Source of the DNA: Centroscyllium fabricii
Taxonomy: Eukaryota
Direction of reading: 5' to 3'
NCBI GenBank assembly: GCA_051313645.2
Contig: JBNRSN020000008.1
Coordinates: 276,582,001-276,646,000, forward strand
DNA length: 64,000 nt
The stretch's first letter is position 1. Each line of letters opens with the position of its first letter. The position numbers and the translations under genes are program-made. Under the pieces are notes generated by a model, which was given only the letters and a program-made list of their open reading frames with translations, was not told the origin of the DNA and did not search any database. Positions 24,201 to 39,200 of this stretch are shown here, piece by piece.

Positions 24201-27200
24201 AGACAGGACCTTGGTTTCCCCGGGACACCGGGGGAGATGTGATCGAGTATCTGAAGACAGGGCCTTGGTTTCCCAGGACTCAGAGGGAGATGTGATCGAG
24301 TATCTGAAGACAGGGCCTTGGTTTTCCCAGGACTCAGAGGGAGATGTGATCGTGTATCTGAAGACAGGGCCTTGGTTTTTCCCAGGACTCAGAGGGAGAT
24401 GTGATCGAGTATCTGAAGACAGGGCCTTGGTTTTCATCGGACTCAGAGGGAGATGTGATCTAGTATCTGAAGACAGGACCTTGGTTTCCCCGGGACTGAG
24501 GGGGAGATGTGATCTAGTATCTGAAGACAGGGCCTTGGTTTTCCCGGGACTCAGAGGGAGATGTGATCGAGTATCTGAAGACAGGGCCTTGGTTTTCCCG
24601 GGACTCAGAGGGAGATGTGATCGAGTATCTGAAGACAGGGCCTTGGTTTTCCCGGGACTCAGAGGGAGATGTGATCTAGTATCTGAAGACAGGACCTTGG
24701 TTTTCCCAGGACTCAGAGGGAGATGTGATCGAGTATCTGAAGACAGGGCCTTGGTTTTCCCGGGACTCAGAGGGAGATGTGATCTAGTATCTGAAGACAG
24801 GGACTTGGTTTTCAGCGGACTCAGGGGGAGATGTGATCTAGTATCTGAAGACAGGGCCTTGGTTTTCACGGGACTCGGGGAGATGTGATCGAGTATCTGA
24901 AGACAGGGCCTTGGTTTTCACAGGACTCAGAGGGAGATGTGATCTAGTATCTGAAGACAGGACCTTGGTTTTCACGAGACTCAGAGGGAGATGTGATCGA
25001 GTATCTGAAGACAGGGCCTTGGTTTTCCCCGGGACTCAGAGGGAGATGTGATCTAGTATCTGAAGACAGGGCCTTGGTTTTCACGGGACTCAGAGGGAGA
25101 TGTGATCGAGTATCTGAAGACAGGGCCTTGGTTTTCACGGGACTCAGAGGGAGATGTGATCGAGTATCTGAAGACAGGACCTTGGTTTTCCCAGACTCAG
25201 AGGGAGATGTGATCTAGTATCTGAAGACAGGGCTTTGGTTTTCCCAGACTCAGAGGGAGATGTGATCTAGTATCTGAAGACAGGGCCTTGGTTTTCACAG
25301 GACTCAGGGGGAGATGTGATCGAGTATCTGAAGACAGGGCCTTGGTTTTCCCAGGACTCAGAGGGAGATGTGATCTAGTATCTGAAGACAGGGCCTTGGT
25401 TTTCACTGGACTCAGGGGGAGATGTGATCGAGTATCTGAAGACAGGGCCTTGGTTTTCACAGGACTCAGGGGGAGATGTGATCGAGTATCTGAAGACAGG
25501 GCCTTGGTTTTCCCAGGACTCAGAGGGAGATGTGATCTAGTATCTGAAGACAGGACCTTGGTTTTCCCAGGACTCAGAGAGAGATGTGACCTAGTATCTG
25601 AAGACAGGGCCTTGGTTTTCCCAGGACTCAGAGGGAGATGTGATCTAGTATCTGAAGACAAGGCCTTGGTTTTCCCAGACTCAGGGGGAGATGTGATCGA
25701 GTATCTGAAGACAGGACCTTGGTTTTCCCAGACTCAGAGGGAGATGTGATCGAGTATCTGAAGACAGGGCGTTTATTTTCACGGGACTCAGGGGGAGATG
25801 TGATCGAGTATCTGAAGACAGGACCTTGGTTTTCCCAGGACTCAGAGGGAGATGTGATCGAGTATCTGAAGACAGGACCTTGGTTTTCACCGGACTCAGA
25901 GGGAGATGTGATCGAGTATCTGAAGACAGGACCTTGGTTTTCCCAGGACTCAGAGGGAGATGTGATCTAGTATCTGAAGACAGGGCCTTGGTTTTCCCAG
26001 ACTCAGAGGGAGATGTGATCTAGTATCTGAAGACAGGACCTTGGTTTTCCCGGGACTCAGGGGGAGATGTGATCGAGTATCTGAAGACAGGGCCTTGGTT
26101 TTCACTGGACTCAGGGGGAGATGTGATCTAGTATCTGAAGACAGGGCCTTGGTTTTCACAGGACTCAGGGGGAGATGTGATCTAGTATCTGAAGACAGGG
26201 CCTTGGTTTTCACTGGACTCAGGGGGAGATGTGATCGAGTATCTGAAGACAGGGCCTTGGTTTTCACAGGACTCAGGGGGAGATGTGATCGAGTATCTGA
26301 AGACAGGACCTTGGTTTTCACGGGACTCAGAGGGAGATGTGATCGAGTATCTGAAGACAGGGCCTTGGTTTTCCCAGACTCAGAGGGAGATGTGATCGAG
26401 TATCTGAAGACAGGGCCTTGGTTTTCACCGGACTCAGAGGGAGATGTGATCTAGTATCTGAAGACAGGACCTTGGTTTCCCCGGGACACCGGGGGAGATG
26501 TGATCGAGTATCTGAAGACAGGGCCTTGGTTTCCCAGGACTCAGAGGGAGATGTGATCGAGTATCTGAAGACAGGGCCTTGGTTTTCCCAGGACTCAGAG
26601 GGAGATGTGATCGTGTATCTGAAGACAGGGCCTTGGTTTTTCCCAGGACTCAGAGGGAGATGTGATCGAGTATCTGAAGACAGGGCCTTGGTTTTCACTG
26701 GACTCAGGGGGAGATGTGATCGAGTATCTGAAGACAGGGCCTTGGTTTTCACAGGACTCAGGGGGAGATGTGATCGAGTATCTGAAGACAGGGCCTTGGT
26801 TTTCCCAGGACTCAGAGGGAGATGTGATCTAGTATCTGAAGACAGGACCTTGGTTTTCCCAGGACTCAGAGAGAGATGTGACCTAGTATCTGAAGACAGG
26901 GCCTTGGTTTTCCCAGGACTCAGAGGGAGATGTGATCTAGTAACTGAAGACAAGGCCTTGGTTTTCCCAGACTCAGGGGGAGATGTGATCGAGTATCTGA
27001 AGACAGGACCTTGGTTTTCCCAGACTCAGAGGGAGATGTGATCGAGTATCTGAAGACAGGGCGTTGGTTTTCACGGGACTCAGGGGGAGATGTGATCGAG
27101 TATCTGAAGACAGGACCTTGGTTTTCCCAGGACTCAGAGGGAGATGAGATCGAGTATCTGAAGACAGGACCTTGGTTTTCACCGGACTCAGAAGGAGATG

Positions 27201-30200
27201 TGATCGAGTATCTGAAGACAGGACCTTGGTTTTCCCAGGACTCAGAGGGAGATGTGATCTAGTATCTGAAGACAGGGCCTTGGTTTTCCCAGACTCAGAG
27301 GGAGATGTGATCTAGTATCTGAAGACAGGACCTTGGTTTTCCCGGGACTCAGGGGGAGATGTGATCGAGTATCTGAAGACAGGGCCTTGGTTTTCACTGG
27401 ACTCAGGGGGAGATGTGATCTAGTATCTGAAGACAGGGCCTTGGTTTTCACAGGACTCAGGGGGAGATGTGATCTAGTATCTGAAGACAGGGCCTTGGTT
27501 TTCACTGGACTCAGGGGGAGATGTGATCGAGTATCTGAAGACAGGGCCTTGGTTTTCACAGGACTCAGGGGGAGATGTGATCGAGTATCTGAAGACAGGA
27601 CCTTGGTTTTCACGGGACTCAGAGGGAGATGTGATCGAGTATCTGAAGACAGGGCCTTGGTTTTCCCAGACTCAGAGGGAGATGTGATCGAGTATCTGAA
27701 GACAGGGCCTTGGTTTTCACCGGACTCAGAGGGAGATGTGATCTAGTATCTGAAGACAGGACCTTGGTTTCCCCGGGACACCGGGGGAGATGTGATCGAG
27801 TATCTGAAGACAGGGCCTTGGTTTCCCAGGACTCAGAGGGAGATGTGATCGAGTATCTGAAGACAGGGCCTTGGTTTTCCCAGGACTCAGAGGGAGATGT
27901 GATCGTGTATCTGAAGACAGGGCCTTGGTTTTTCCCAGGACTCAGAGGGAGATGTGATCGAGTATCTGAAGACAGGGCCTTGGTTTTCATCGGACTCAGA
28001 GGGAGATGTGATCTAGTATCTGAAGACAGGACCTTGGTTTCCCCGGGACTCAGGGGGAGATGTGATCTAGTATCTGAAGACAGGGCCTTGGTTTTCCCGG
28101 GACTCAGAGGGAGATGTGATCGAGTATCTGAAGACAGGGCCTTGGTTTTCCCGGGACTCAGAGGGAGATGTGATCGAGTATCTGAAGACAGGGCCTTGGT
28201 TTTCCCGGGACTCAGAGGGAGATGTGATCTAGCATCTGAAGACAGGACCTTGGTTTTCCCAGGACTCAGAGGGAGATGTGATCGAGTATCTGAAGACAGG
28301 GCCTTGGTTTTCCCGGGACTCAGAGGGAGATGTGATCTAGTATCTGAAGACAGGGACTTGGTTTTCAGCGGACTCAGGGGGAGATGTGATCTAGTATCTG
28401 AAGACAGGGCCTTGGTTTTCACGGGACTCGGGGAGATGTGATCGAGTATCTGAAGACAGGGCCTTGGTTTTCACAGGACTCAGAGGGAGATGTGATCTAG
28501 TATCTGAAGACAGGACCTTGGTTTTCACGGGACTCAGAGGGAGATGTGATCGAGTATCTGAAGACAGGGCCTTGGTTTTCCCCGGGACTCAGAGGGAGAT
28601 GTGATCTAGTATCTGAAGACAGGGCCTTGGTTTTCACGGGACTCAGAGGGAGATGTGATCGAGTATCTGAAGACAGGGCCTTGGTTTTCACGGGACTCAG
28701 AGGGAGATGTGATCGAGTATCTGAAGACAGGACCTTGGTTTTCCCAGACTCAGAGGGAGATGTGATCTAGTATCTGAAGACAGGGCTTTGGTTTTCCCAG
28801 ACTCAGAGGGAGATGTGATCTAGTATCTGAAGACAGGGCCTTGGTTTTCACAGGACTCAGGGGGAGATGTGATCGAGTATCTGAAGACAGGGCCTTGGTT
28901 TTCCCAGGACTCAGAGGGAGATGTGATCTAGTATCTGAAGACAGGGCCTTGGTTTTCACTGGACTCAGGGGGAGATGTGATCGAGTATCTGAAGACAGGG
29001 CCTTGGTTTTCACAGGACTCAGGGGGAGATGTGATCGAGTATCTGAAGACAGGGCCTTGGTTTTCCCAGGACTCAGAGGGAGATGTGATCTAGTATCTGA
29101 AGACAGGACCTTGGTTTTCCCAGGACTCAGAGAGAGATGTGACCTAGTATCTGAAGACAGGGCCTTGGTTTTCCCAGGACTCAGAGGGAGATGTGATCTA
29201 GTATCTGAAGACAAGGCCTTGGTTTTCCCAGACTCAGGGGGAGATGTGATCGAGTATCTGAAGACAGGACCTTGGTTTTCCCAGACTCAGAGGGAGATGT
29301 GATCGAGTATCTGAAGACAGGGCGTTGGTTTTCACGGGACTCAGGGGGAGATGTGATCGAGTATCTGAAGACAGGACCTTGGTTTTCCCAGGACTCAGAG
29401 GGAGATGTGATCGAGTATCTGAAGACAGGACCTTGGTTTTCACCGGACTCAGAGGGAGATGTGATCGAGTATCTGAAGACAGGACCTTGGTTTTCCCAGG
29501 ACTCAGAGGGAGATGTGATCTAGTATCTGAAGACAGGGCCTTGGTTTTCCCAGACTCAGAGGGAGATGTGATCTAGTATCTGAAGACAGGACCTTGGTTT
29601 TCCCGGGACTCAGGGGGAGATGTGATCGAGTATCTGAAGACAGGGCCTTGGTTTTCACTGGACTCAGGGGGAGATGTGATCTAGTATCTGAAGACAGGGC
29701 CTTGGTTTTCACAGGACTCAGGGGGAGATGTGATCTAGTATCTGAAGACAGGGCCTTGGTTTTCACTGGACTCAGGGGGAGATGTGATCGAGTATCTGAA
29801 GACAGGGCCTTGGTTTTCACAGGACTCAGGGGGAGATGTGATCGAGTATCTGAAGACAGGACCTTGGTTTTCACGGGACTCAGAGGGAGATGTGATCGAG
29901 TATCTGAAGACAGGGCCTTGGTTTTCCCAGACTCAGAGGGAGATGTGATCGAGTATCTGAAGACAGGGCCTTGGTTTTCACCGGACTCAGAGGGAGATGT
30001 GATCTAGTATCTGAAGACAGGACATTGGTTTCCCCGGGACACCGGGGGAGATGTGATCGAGTATCTGAAGACAGGGCCTTGGTTTCCCAGGACTCAGAGG
30101 GAGATGTGATCGAGTATCTGAAGACAGGGCCTTGGTTTTCCCAGGACTCAGAGGGAGATGTGATCGTGTATCTGAAGACAGGGCCTTGGTTTTTCCCAGG

Positions 30201-33200
30201 ACTCAGAGGGAGATGTGATCGAGTATCTGAAGACAGGGCCTTTGTTTTCATCGGACTCAGAGGGAGATGTGATCTAGTATCTGAAGACAGGACCTTGGTT
30301 TCCCCGGGACTCAGGGGGAGATGTGATCTAGTATCTGAAGACAGGGCCTTGGTTTTCCCGGGACTCAGAGGGAGATGTGATCGAGTATCTGAAGACAGGG
30401 CCTTGGTTTTCCCGGGACTCAGAGGGAGATGTGATCGAGTATCTGAAGACAGGGCCTTGGTTTTCCCGGGACTCAGAGGGAGATGTGATCTAGTATCTGA
30501 AGACAGGGACTTGGTTTTCAGCGGACTCAGGGGGAGATGTGATCTAGTATCTGAAGACAGGGCCTTGGTTTTCACGGGACTCGGGGAGATGTGATCGAGT
30601 ATCTGAAGACAGGGCCTTGGTTTTCACAGGACTCAGAGGGAGATGTGATCTAGTATCTGAAGACAGGACCTTGGTTTTCACGGGACTCAGAGGGAGATGT
30701 GATCGAGTATCTGAAGACAGGGCCTTGGTTTTCCCCGGGACTCAGAGGGAGATGTGATCTAGTATCTGAAGACAGGGCCTTGGTTTTCACGGGACTCAGA
30801 GGGAGATGTGATCGAGTATCTGAAGACAGGGCCTTGGTTTTCACGGGACTCAGAGGGAGATGTGATCGAGTATCTGAAGACAGGACCTTGGTTTTCCCAG
30901 ACTCAGAGGGAGATGTGATCTAGTATCTGAAGACAGGGCTTTGGTTTTCCCAGACTCAGAGGGAGATGTGATCTAGTATCTGAAGACAGGGCCTTGGTTT
31001 TCACAGGACTCAGGGGGAGATGTGATCGAGTATCTGAAGACAGGGCCTTGGTTTTCCCAGGACTCAGAGGGAGATGTGATCTAGTATCTGAAGACAGGGC
31101 CTTGGTTTTCACTGGACTCAGGGGGAGATGTGATCGAGTATCTGAAGACAGGGCCTTGGTTTTCACAGGACTCAGGGGGAGATGTGATCGAGTATCTGAA
31201 GACAGGGCCTTGGTTTTCCCAGGACTCAGAGGGAGATGTGATCTAGTATCTGAAGACAGGACCTTGGTTTTCCCAGGACTCAGAGAGAGATGTGACCTAG
31301 TATCTGAAGACAGGGCCTTGGTTTTCCCAGGACTCAGAGGGAGATGTGATCTAGTATCTGAAGACAAGGCCTTGGTTTTCCCAGACTCAGGGGGAGATGT
31401 GATCGAGTATCTGAAGACAGGACCTTGGTTTTCCCAGACTCAGAGGGAGATGTGATCGAGTATCTGAAGACAGGGCGTTGGTTTTCACGGGACTCAGGGG
31501 GAGATGTGATCGAGTATCTGAAGACAGGACCTTGGTTTTCCCAGGACTCAGAGGGAGATGTGATCGAGTATCTGAAGACAGGACCTTGGTTTTCACCGGA
31601 CTCAGAGGGAGATGTGATCGAGTATCTGAAGACAGGACCTTGGTTTTCCCAGGACTCAGAGGGAGATGTGATCTAGTATCTGAAGACAGGGCCTTGGTTT
31701 TCCCAGACTCAGAGGGAGATGTGATCTAGTATCTGAAGACAGGACCTTGGTTTTCCCGGGACTCAGGGGGAGATGTGATCGAGTATCTGAAGACAGGGCC
31801 TTGGTTTTCACTGGACTCAGGGGGAGATGTGATCTAGTATCTGAAGACAGGGCCTTGGTTTTCACAGGACTCAGGGGGAGATGTGATCTAGTATCTGAAG
31901 ACAGGGCCTTGGTTTTCACTGGACTCAGGGGGAGATGTGATCGAGTATCTGAAGACAGGGCCTTGGTTTTCACAGGACTCAGGGGGAGATGTGATCGAGT
32001 ATCTGAAGACAGGACCTTGGTTTTCACGGGACTCAGAGGGAGATGTGATCGAGTATCTGAAGACAGGGCCTTGGTTTTCCCAGACTCAGAGGGAGATGTG
32101 ATCGAGTATCTGAAGACAGGGCCTTGGTTTTCACCGGACTCAGAGGGAGATGTGATCTAGTATCTGAAGACAGGACCTTGGTTTCCCCGGGACACCGGGG
32201 GAGATGTGATCGAGTATCTGAAGACAGGGCCTTGGTTTCCCAGGACTCAGAGGGAGATGTGATCGAGTATCTGAAGACAGGGCCTTGGTTTTCCCAGGAC
32301 TCAGAGGGAGATGTGATCGTGTATCTGAAGACAGGGCCTTGGTTTTTCCCAGGACTCAGAGGGAGATGTGATCGAGTATCTGAAGACAGGGCCTTTGTTT
32401 TCATCGGACTCAGAGGGAGATGTGATCTAGTATCTGAAGACAGGACCTTGGTTTCCCCGGGACTCAGGGGGAGATGTGATCTAGTATCTGAAGACAGGGC
32501 CTTGGTTTTCCCGGGACTCAGAGGGAGATGTGATCGAGTATCTGAAGACAGGGCCTTGGTTTTCCCGGGACTCAGAGGGAGATGTGATCGAGTATCTGAA
32601 GACAGGGCCTTGGTTTTCCCGGGACTCAGAGGGAGATGTGATCTAGTATCTGAAGACAGGACCTTGGTTTTCCCAGGACTCAGAGGGAGATGTGATCGAG
32701 TATCTGAAGACAGGGCCTTGGTTTTCCCGGGACTCAGAGGGAGATGTGATCTAGTATCTGAAGACAGGGACTTGGTTTTCAGCGGACTCAGGGGGAGATG
32801 TGATCTAGTATCTGAAGACAGGGCCTTGGTTTTCACGGGACTCGGGGAGATGTGATCGAGTATCTGAAGACAGGGCCTTGGTTTTCACAGGACTCAGAGG
32901 GAGATGTGATCTAGTATCTGAAGACAGGACCTTGGTTTTCACGGGACTCAGAGGGAGATGTGATCGAGTATCTGAAGACAGGGCCTTTGTTTTCCCCGGG
33001 ACTCAGAGGGAGATGTGATCTAGTATCTGAAGACAGGGCCTTGGTTTTCACGGGACTCAGAGGGAGATGTGATCGAGTATCTGAAGACAGGGCCTTGGTT
33101 TTCACGGGACTCAGAGGGAGATGTGATCGAGTATCTGAAGACAGGACCTTGGTTTTCCCAGACTCAGAGGGAGATGTGATCTAGTATCTGAAGACAGGGC

Positions 33201-36200
33201 TTTGGTTTTCCCAGACTCAGAGGGAGATGTGATCTAGTATCTGAAGACAGGGCCTTGGTTTTCACAGGACTCAGGGGGAGATGTGATCGAGTATCTGAAG
33301 ACAGGGCCTTGGTTTTCCCAGGAGTCAGAGGGAGATGTGATCTAGTATCTGAAGACAGGGCCTTGGTTTTCACTGGACTCAGGGGGAGATGTGATCGAGT
33401 ATCTGAAGACAGGGCCTTGGTTTTCACAGGACTCAGGGGGAGATGTGATCGAGTATCTGAAGACAGGACCTTGGTTTTCACGGGACTCAGAGGGAGATGT
33501 GATCAAGTATCTGAAGACAGGGCCTTGGTTTTCACGGGACTCAGAGGGAGATGTGATCGAGTATCTGAAGACAGGGCCTTGGTTTTCACAGGACTCAGCG
33601 GGAGATGTGATCTAGTATCTGAAGACAGGGCCTTGGTTTTCCCAGGACTCAGAGGGAGATGTGATCTAGTATCTGAAGACAGGACCTTGGTTTTCCCAGG
33701 ACTCAGAGGGAGATGTGATCTAGTATCTGAGACAGGGCCTTGGTTTTCCCAGGACTCAGAGGGAGATGTGATCTAGTATCTGAAGACAGGGCCTTGGTTT
33801 TCCCAGACTCAGAGGGAGATGTGATCTAGTATCTGAAGACAGGGCCTTGGTTTCCCAGACTCAGAGGGAGATGTGATCGAGTATCTGAAGACAGGGCCTT
33901 GGTTTTCACGGGACTCAGGGGGAGATGTGATCGAGTATCTGAAGACAGGGCCTTGGTTTTCCCAGATCTCAGAGGGAGATGTGATCTAGTATCTGAAGAC
34001 AGGACCTTGGTTTTCCCAGGACTCAGAGGGAGATGTGATCTAGTATCTGAAGACAGTGCCTTGGTTTTCCCAGGACTCAGAGGGAGATGTGATCTAGTAT
34101 CTGAAGACAAGGCCTTGGTTTTCCCAGACTCAGGGGGAGATGTGATCGAGTATCTGAAGACAGGACCTTGGTTTTCCCAGACTCAGAGGGAGATGTGATC
34201 GAGTATCTGAAGACAGGGCGTTGGTTTTCACGGGACTCAGGGGGAGATGTGATCGAGTATCTGAAGACAGGACCTTGGTTTTCCCAGGACTCAGAGGGAG
34301 ATGTGATCGAGTATCTGAAGACAGGACCTTGGTTTTCACCGGACTCAGAGGGAGGTGTGATCGAGTATCTGAAGACAGGACCTTGGTTTTCCCAGGACTC
34401 AGAGGGAGATGTGATCTAGTATCTGAAGACAGGGCCTTGGTTTTCCCAGACTCAGAGGGAGATGTGATCTAGTATCTGAAGACAGGACCTTGGTTTTCCC
34501 GGGACTGAGGGGGTGATGTGATCGAGTATCTGAAGACAGGGCCTTGGTTTTCACTGGACTCAGGGGGAGATGTGATCGAGTATCTGAAGACAGGGCCTTG
34601 GTTTTCACTGGACTCAGGGGGAGATGTGTTCGAGTATCTGAAGACAGGGCCTTGGTTTTCACAGGGCTCAGGGGGAGATGTGATCGAGTATCTGAAGACA
34701 GGACCTTGGTTTTCACGGGACTCAGAGGGAGATGTGATCTAGTATCTGAAGACAGGGCCTTGGTTTTCACGGGATTCAGAGGGAGATGTGATCGAGTATC
34801 TGAAGACAGGGCCTTGGTTTTCACATGACTCAGAGGGAGATGTGATCTAGTATCTGAAGACAGGGCTTTGGTTTTCCCAGGACTCAGAGTGAGATGTGAT
34901 CGAGTATCTGAAGACATGACCTTGGTTTTCCCAGGACTCAGAGGGAGATGTGATCTAGTATCTGAGACAGGGCCTTGGTTTTCCCAGGACTCAGAGGGAG
35001 ATGTGATCTAGTATCTGAAGACAGGGCATTGGTTTTCCCAGACTCAGAGGGAGATGTGATCTAGTATCTGAGACAGGGCCTTGGTTTTCCCAGTACTCAG
35101 AGGGAGATGTGATCTAGTATCTGAAGACAGGGCCTTGGTTTTCCCAGACTCAGAGGGAGATGTGATCTAGTATCTGAAGACAGGGCCTTGGTTTCCCAGA
35201 CTCAGATGGAGATGTGATCGAGTATCTGAAGACAGGGCCTTGGTTTTCACGGGACTCAGGGGGAGATGTGATCGAGTATCTGAAGACAGGGCCTTGGTTT
35301 TCCCAGGACTCAGAGGGAGATGTGATCTAGTATCTGAAGACAGGACCTTGGTTTTCCCAGGACTCAGAGAGAGATGTGACCTAGTATCTGAAGACAGGGC
35401 CTTGGTTTTCCCAGGACTCAGAGGGAGATGTGATCTAGTATCTGAAGACAAGGCCTTGGTTTTCCCAGACTCAGGGGGAGATGTGATCGAGTATCTGAAG
35501 ACAGGACCTTGGTTTTCCCAGACTCAGAGGGAGATGTGATCGAGTATCTGAAGACAGGGCATTGGTTTTCACGGGACTCAGGGGGAGATGTGATCGAGTA
35601 TCTGAAGACAGGACCTTGGTTTTCCCAGGACTCAGAGGGAGATGTGATCGAGTATCTGAAGACAGGACCTTGGTTTTCACCGGACTCAGAGGGAGATGTG
35701 ATCGAGTATCTGAAGACAGGACCTTGGTTTTCCCAGGACTCAGAGGGAGATGTGATCTAGTATCTGAAGACAGGGCCTTGGTTTTCCCAGACTCAGAGGG
35801 AGATGTGATCTAGTATCTGAAGACAGGACCTTGGTTTTCCCGGGACTCAGGGGGAGATGTGATCGAGTATCTGAAGACAGGGCCTTGGTTTTCACTGGAC
35901 TCAGGGGGAGATGTGATCTAGTATCTGAAGACAGGGCCTTGGTTTTCACAGGACTCAGGGGGAGATGTGATCTAGTATCTGAAGACAGGGCCTTGGTTTT
36001 CACTGGACTCAGGGGGAGATGTGATCGAGTATCTGAAGACAGGGCCTTGGTTTTCACAGGACTCAGGGGGAGATGTGATCGAGTATCTGAAGACAGGACC
36101 GTGGTTTTCACGGGACTCAGAGGGAGATGTGATCGAGTATCTGAAGACAGGGCCTTGGTTTTCCCAGACTCAGAGGGAGATGTGATCGAGTATCTGAAGA

Positions 36201-39200
36201 CAGGGCCTTGGTTTTCACCGGACTCAGAGGGAGATGTGATCTAGTATCTGAAGACAGGACCTTGGTTTCCCCGGGACACCGGGGGAGATGTGATCGAGTA
36301 TCTGAAGACAGGGCCTTGGTTTCCCAGGACTCAGAGGGAGATGTGATCGAGTATCTGAAGACAGGGCCTTGGTTTTCCCAGGACTCAGAGGGAGATGTGA
36401 TCGTGTATCTGAAGACAGGGCCTTGGTTTTTCCCAGGACTCAGAGGGAGATGTGATCGAGTATCTGAAGACAGGGCCTTGGTTTTCATCGGACTCAGAGG
36501 GAGATGTGATCTAGTATCTGAAGACAGGACCTTGGTTTCCCCGGGACTCAGGGGGAGATGTGATCTAGTATCTGAAGACAGGGCCTTGGTTTTCCCGGGA
36601 CTCAGAGGGAGATGTGATCGAGTATCTGAAGACAGGGCCTTGGTTTTCCCGGGACTCAGAGGGAGATGTGATCGAGTATCTGAAGACAGGGCCTTGGTTT
36701 TCCCGGGACTCAGAGGGAGATGTGATCTAGTATCTGAAGACAGGACCTTGGTTTTCCCAGGACTCAGAGGGAGATGTGATCGAGTATCTGAAGACAGGGC
36801 CTTGGTTTTCCCGGGACTCAGAGGGAGATGTGATCTAGTATCTGAAGACAGGGACTTGGTTTTCAGCGGACTCAGGGGGATATGTGATCTAGTATCTGAA
36901 GACAGGGCCTTGGTTTTCACGGGACTCGGGGAGATGTGATCGAGTATCTGAAGACAGGGCCTTGGTTTTCACAGGACTCAGAGGGAGATGTGATCTAGTA
37001 TCTGAAGACAGGACCTTGGTTTTCACGGGACTCAGAGGGAGATGTGATCGAGTATCTGAAGACAGGGCCTTGGTTTTCCCCGGGACTCAGAGGGAGATGT
37101 GATCTAGTATCTGAAGACAGGGCCTTGGTTTTCACGGGACTCAGAGGGAGATGTGATCGAGTATCTGAAGACAGGGCCTTGGTTTTCACGGGACTCAGAG
37201 GGAGATGTGATCGAGTATCTGAAGACAGGACCTTGGTTTTCCCAGACTCAGAGGGAGATGTGATCTAGTATCTGAAGACAGGGCTTTGGTTTTCCCAGAC
37301 TCAGAGGGAGATGTGATCTAGTATCTGAAGACAGGGCCTTGGTTTTCACAGGACTCAGGGGGAGATGTGATCGAGTATCTGAAGACAGGGCCTTGGTTTT
37401 CCCAGGACTCAGAGGGAGATGTGATCTAGTATCTGAAGACAGGGCCTTGGTTTTCACTGGACTCAGGGGGAGATGTGATCGAGTATCTGAAGACAGGGCC
37501 TTGGTTTTCACAGGACTCAGGGGGAGATGTGATCGAGTATCTGAAGACAGGGCCTTGGTTTTCCCAGGACTCAGAGGGAGATGTGATCTAGTATCTGAAG
37601 ACAGGACCTTGGTTTTCCCAGGACTCAGAGAGAGATGTGACCTAGTATCTGAAGACAGGGCCTTGGTTTTCCCAGGACTCAGAGGGAGATGTGATCTAGT
37701 ATCTGAAGACAAGGCCTTGGTTTTCCCAGACTCAGGGGGAGATGTGATCGAGTATCTGAAGACAGGACCTTGGTTTTCCCAGACTCAGAGGGAGATGTGA
37801 TCGAGTATTTGAAGACAGGGCGTTGGTTTTCACGGGACTCAGGGGGAGATGTGATCGAGTATCTGAAGACAGGACCTTGGTTTTCCCAGGACTCAGAGGG
37901 AGATGTGATCGAGTATCTGAAGACAGGACCTTGGTTTTCACCGGACTCAGAGGGAGATGTGATCGAGTATCTGAAGACAGGACCTTGGTTTTCCCAGGAC
38001 TCAGAGGGAGATGTGATCTAGTATCTGAAGACAGGGCCTTGGTTTTCCCAGACTCAGAGGGAGATGTGATCTAGTATCTGAAGACAGGACCTTGGTTTTC
38101 CCGGGACTCAGGGGGAGATGTGATCGAGTATCTGAAGACAGGGCCTTGGTTTTCACTGGACTCTGGGGGAGATGTGATCTAGTATCTGAAGACAGGGCCT
38201 TGGTTTTCACAGGACTCAGGGGGAGATGTGATCTAGTATCTGAAGACAGGGCCTTGGTTTTCACTGGACTCAGGGGGAGATGTGATCGAGTATCTGAAGA
38301 CAGGGCCTTGGTTTTCACAGGACTCAGGGGGAGATGTGATCGAGTATCTGAAGACAGGACCTTGGTTTTCACGGGACTCAGAGGGAGATGTGATCGAGTA
38401 TCTGAAGACAGGGCCTTGGTTTTCCCAGACTCAGAGGGAGATGTGATCGAGTATCTGAAGACAGGGCCTTGGTTTTCACCGGACTCAGAGGGAGATGTGA
38501 TCTAGTATCTGAAGACAGGACCTTGGTTTCCCCGGGACACCGGGGGAGATGTGATCGAGTGTCTGAAGACAGGGCCTTGGTTTCCCAGGACTCAGAGGGA
38601 GATGTGATCGAGTATCTGAAGACAGGGCCTTGGTTTTCCCAGGACTCAGAGGGAGATGTGATCGTGTATCTGAAGACAGGGCCTTGGTTTTTCCCAGGAC
38701 TCAGAGGGAGATGTGATCGAGTATCTGAAGACAGGGCCTTGGTTTTCATCGGACTCAGAGGGAGATGTGATCTAGTATCTGAAGACAGGACCTTGGTTTC
38801 CCCGGGACTCAGGGGGAGATGTGATCTAGTATCTGAAGACAGGGCCTTGGTTTTCCCGGGACTCAGAGGGAGATGTGATCGAGTATCTGAAGACAGGGCC
38901 TTGGTTTTCCCGGGACTCAGAGGGAGATGTGATCGAGTATCTGAAGACAGGGCCTTGGTTTTCCCGGGACTCAGAGGGAGATGTGATCTAGTATCTGAAG
39001 ACAGGACCTTGGTTTTCCCAGGACTCAGAGGGAGATGTGATCGAGTATCTGAAGACAGGGCCTTGGTTTTCCCGGGACTCAGAGGGAGATGTGATCTAGT
39101 ATCTGAAGACAGGGACTTGGTTTTCAGCGGACTCAGGGGGAGATGTGATCTAGTATCTGAAGACAGGGCCTTGGTTTTCACGGGACTCGGGGAGATGTGA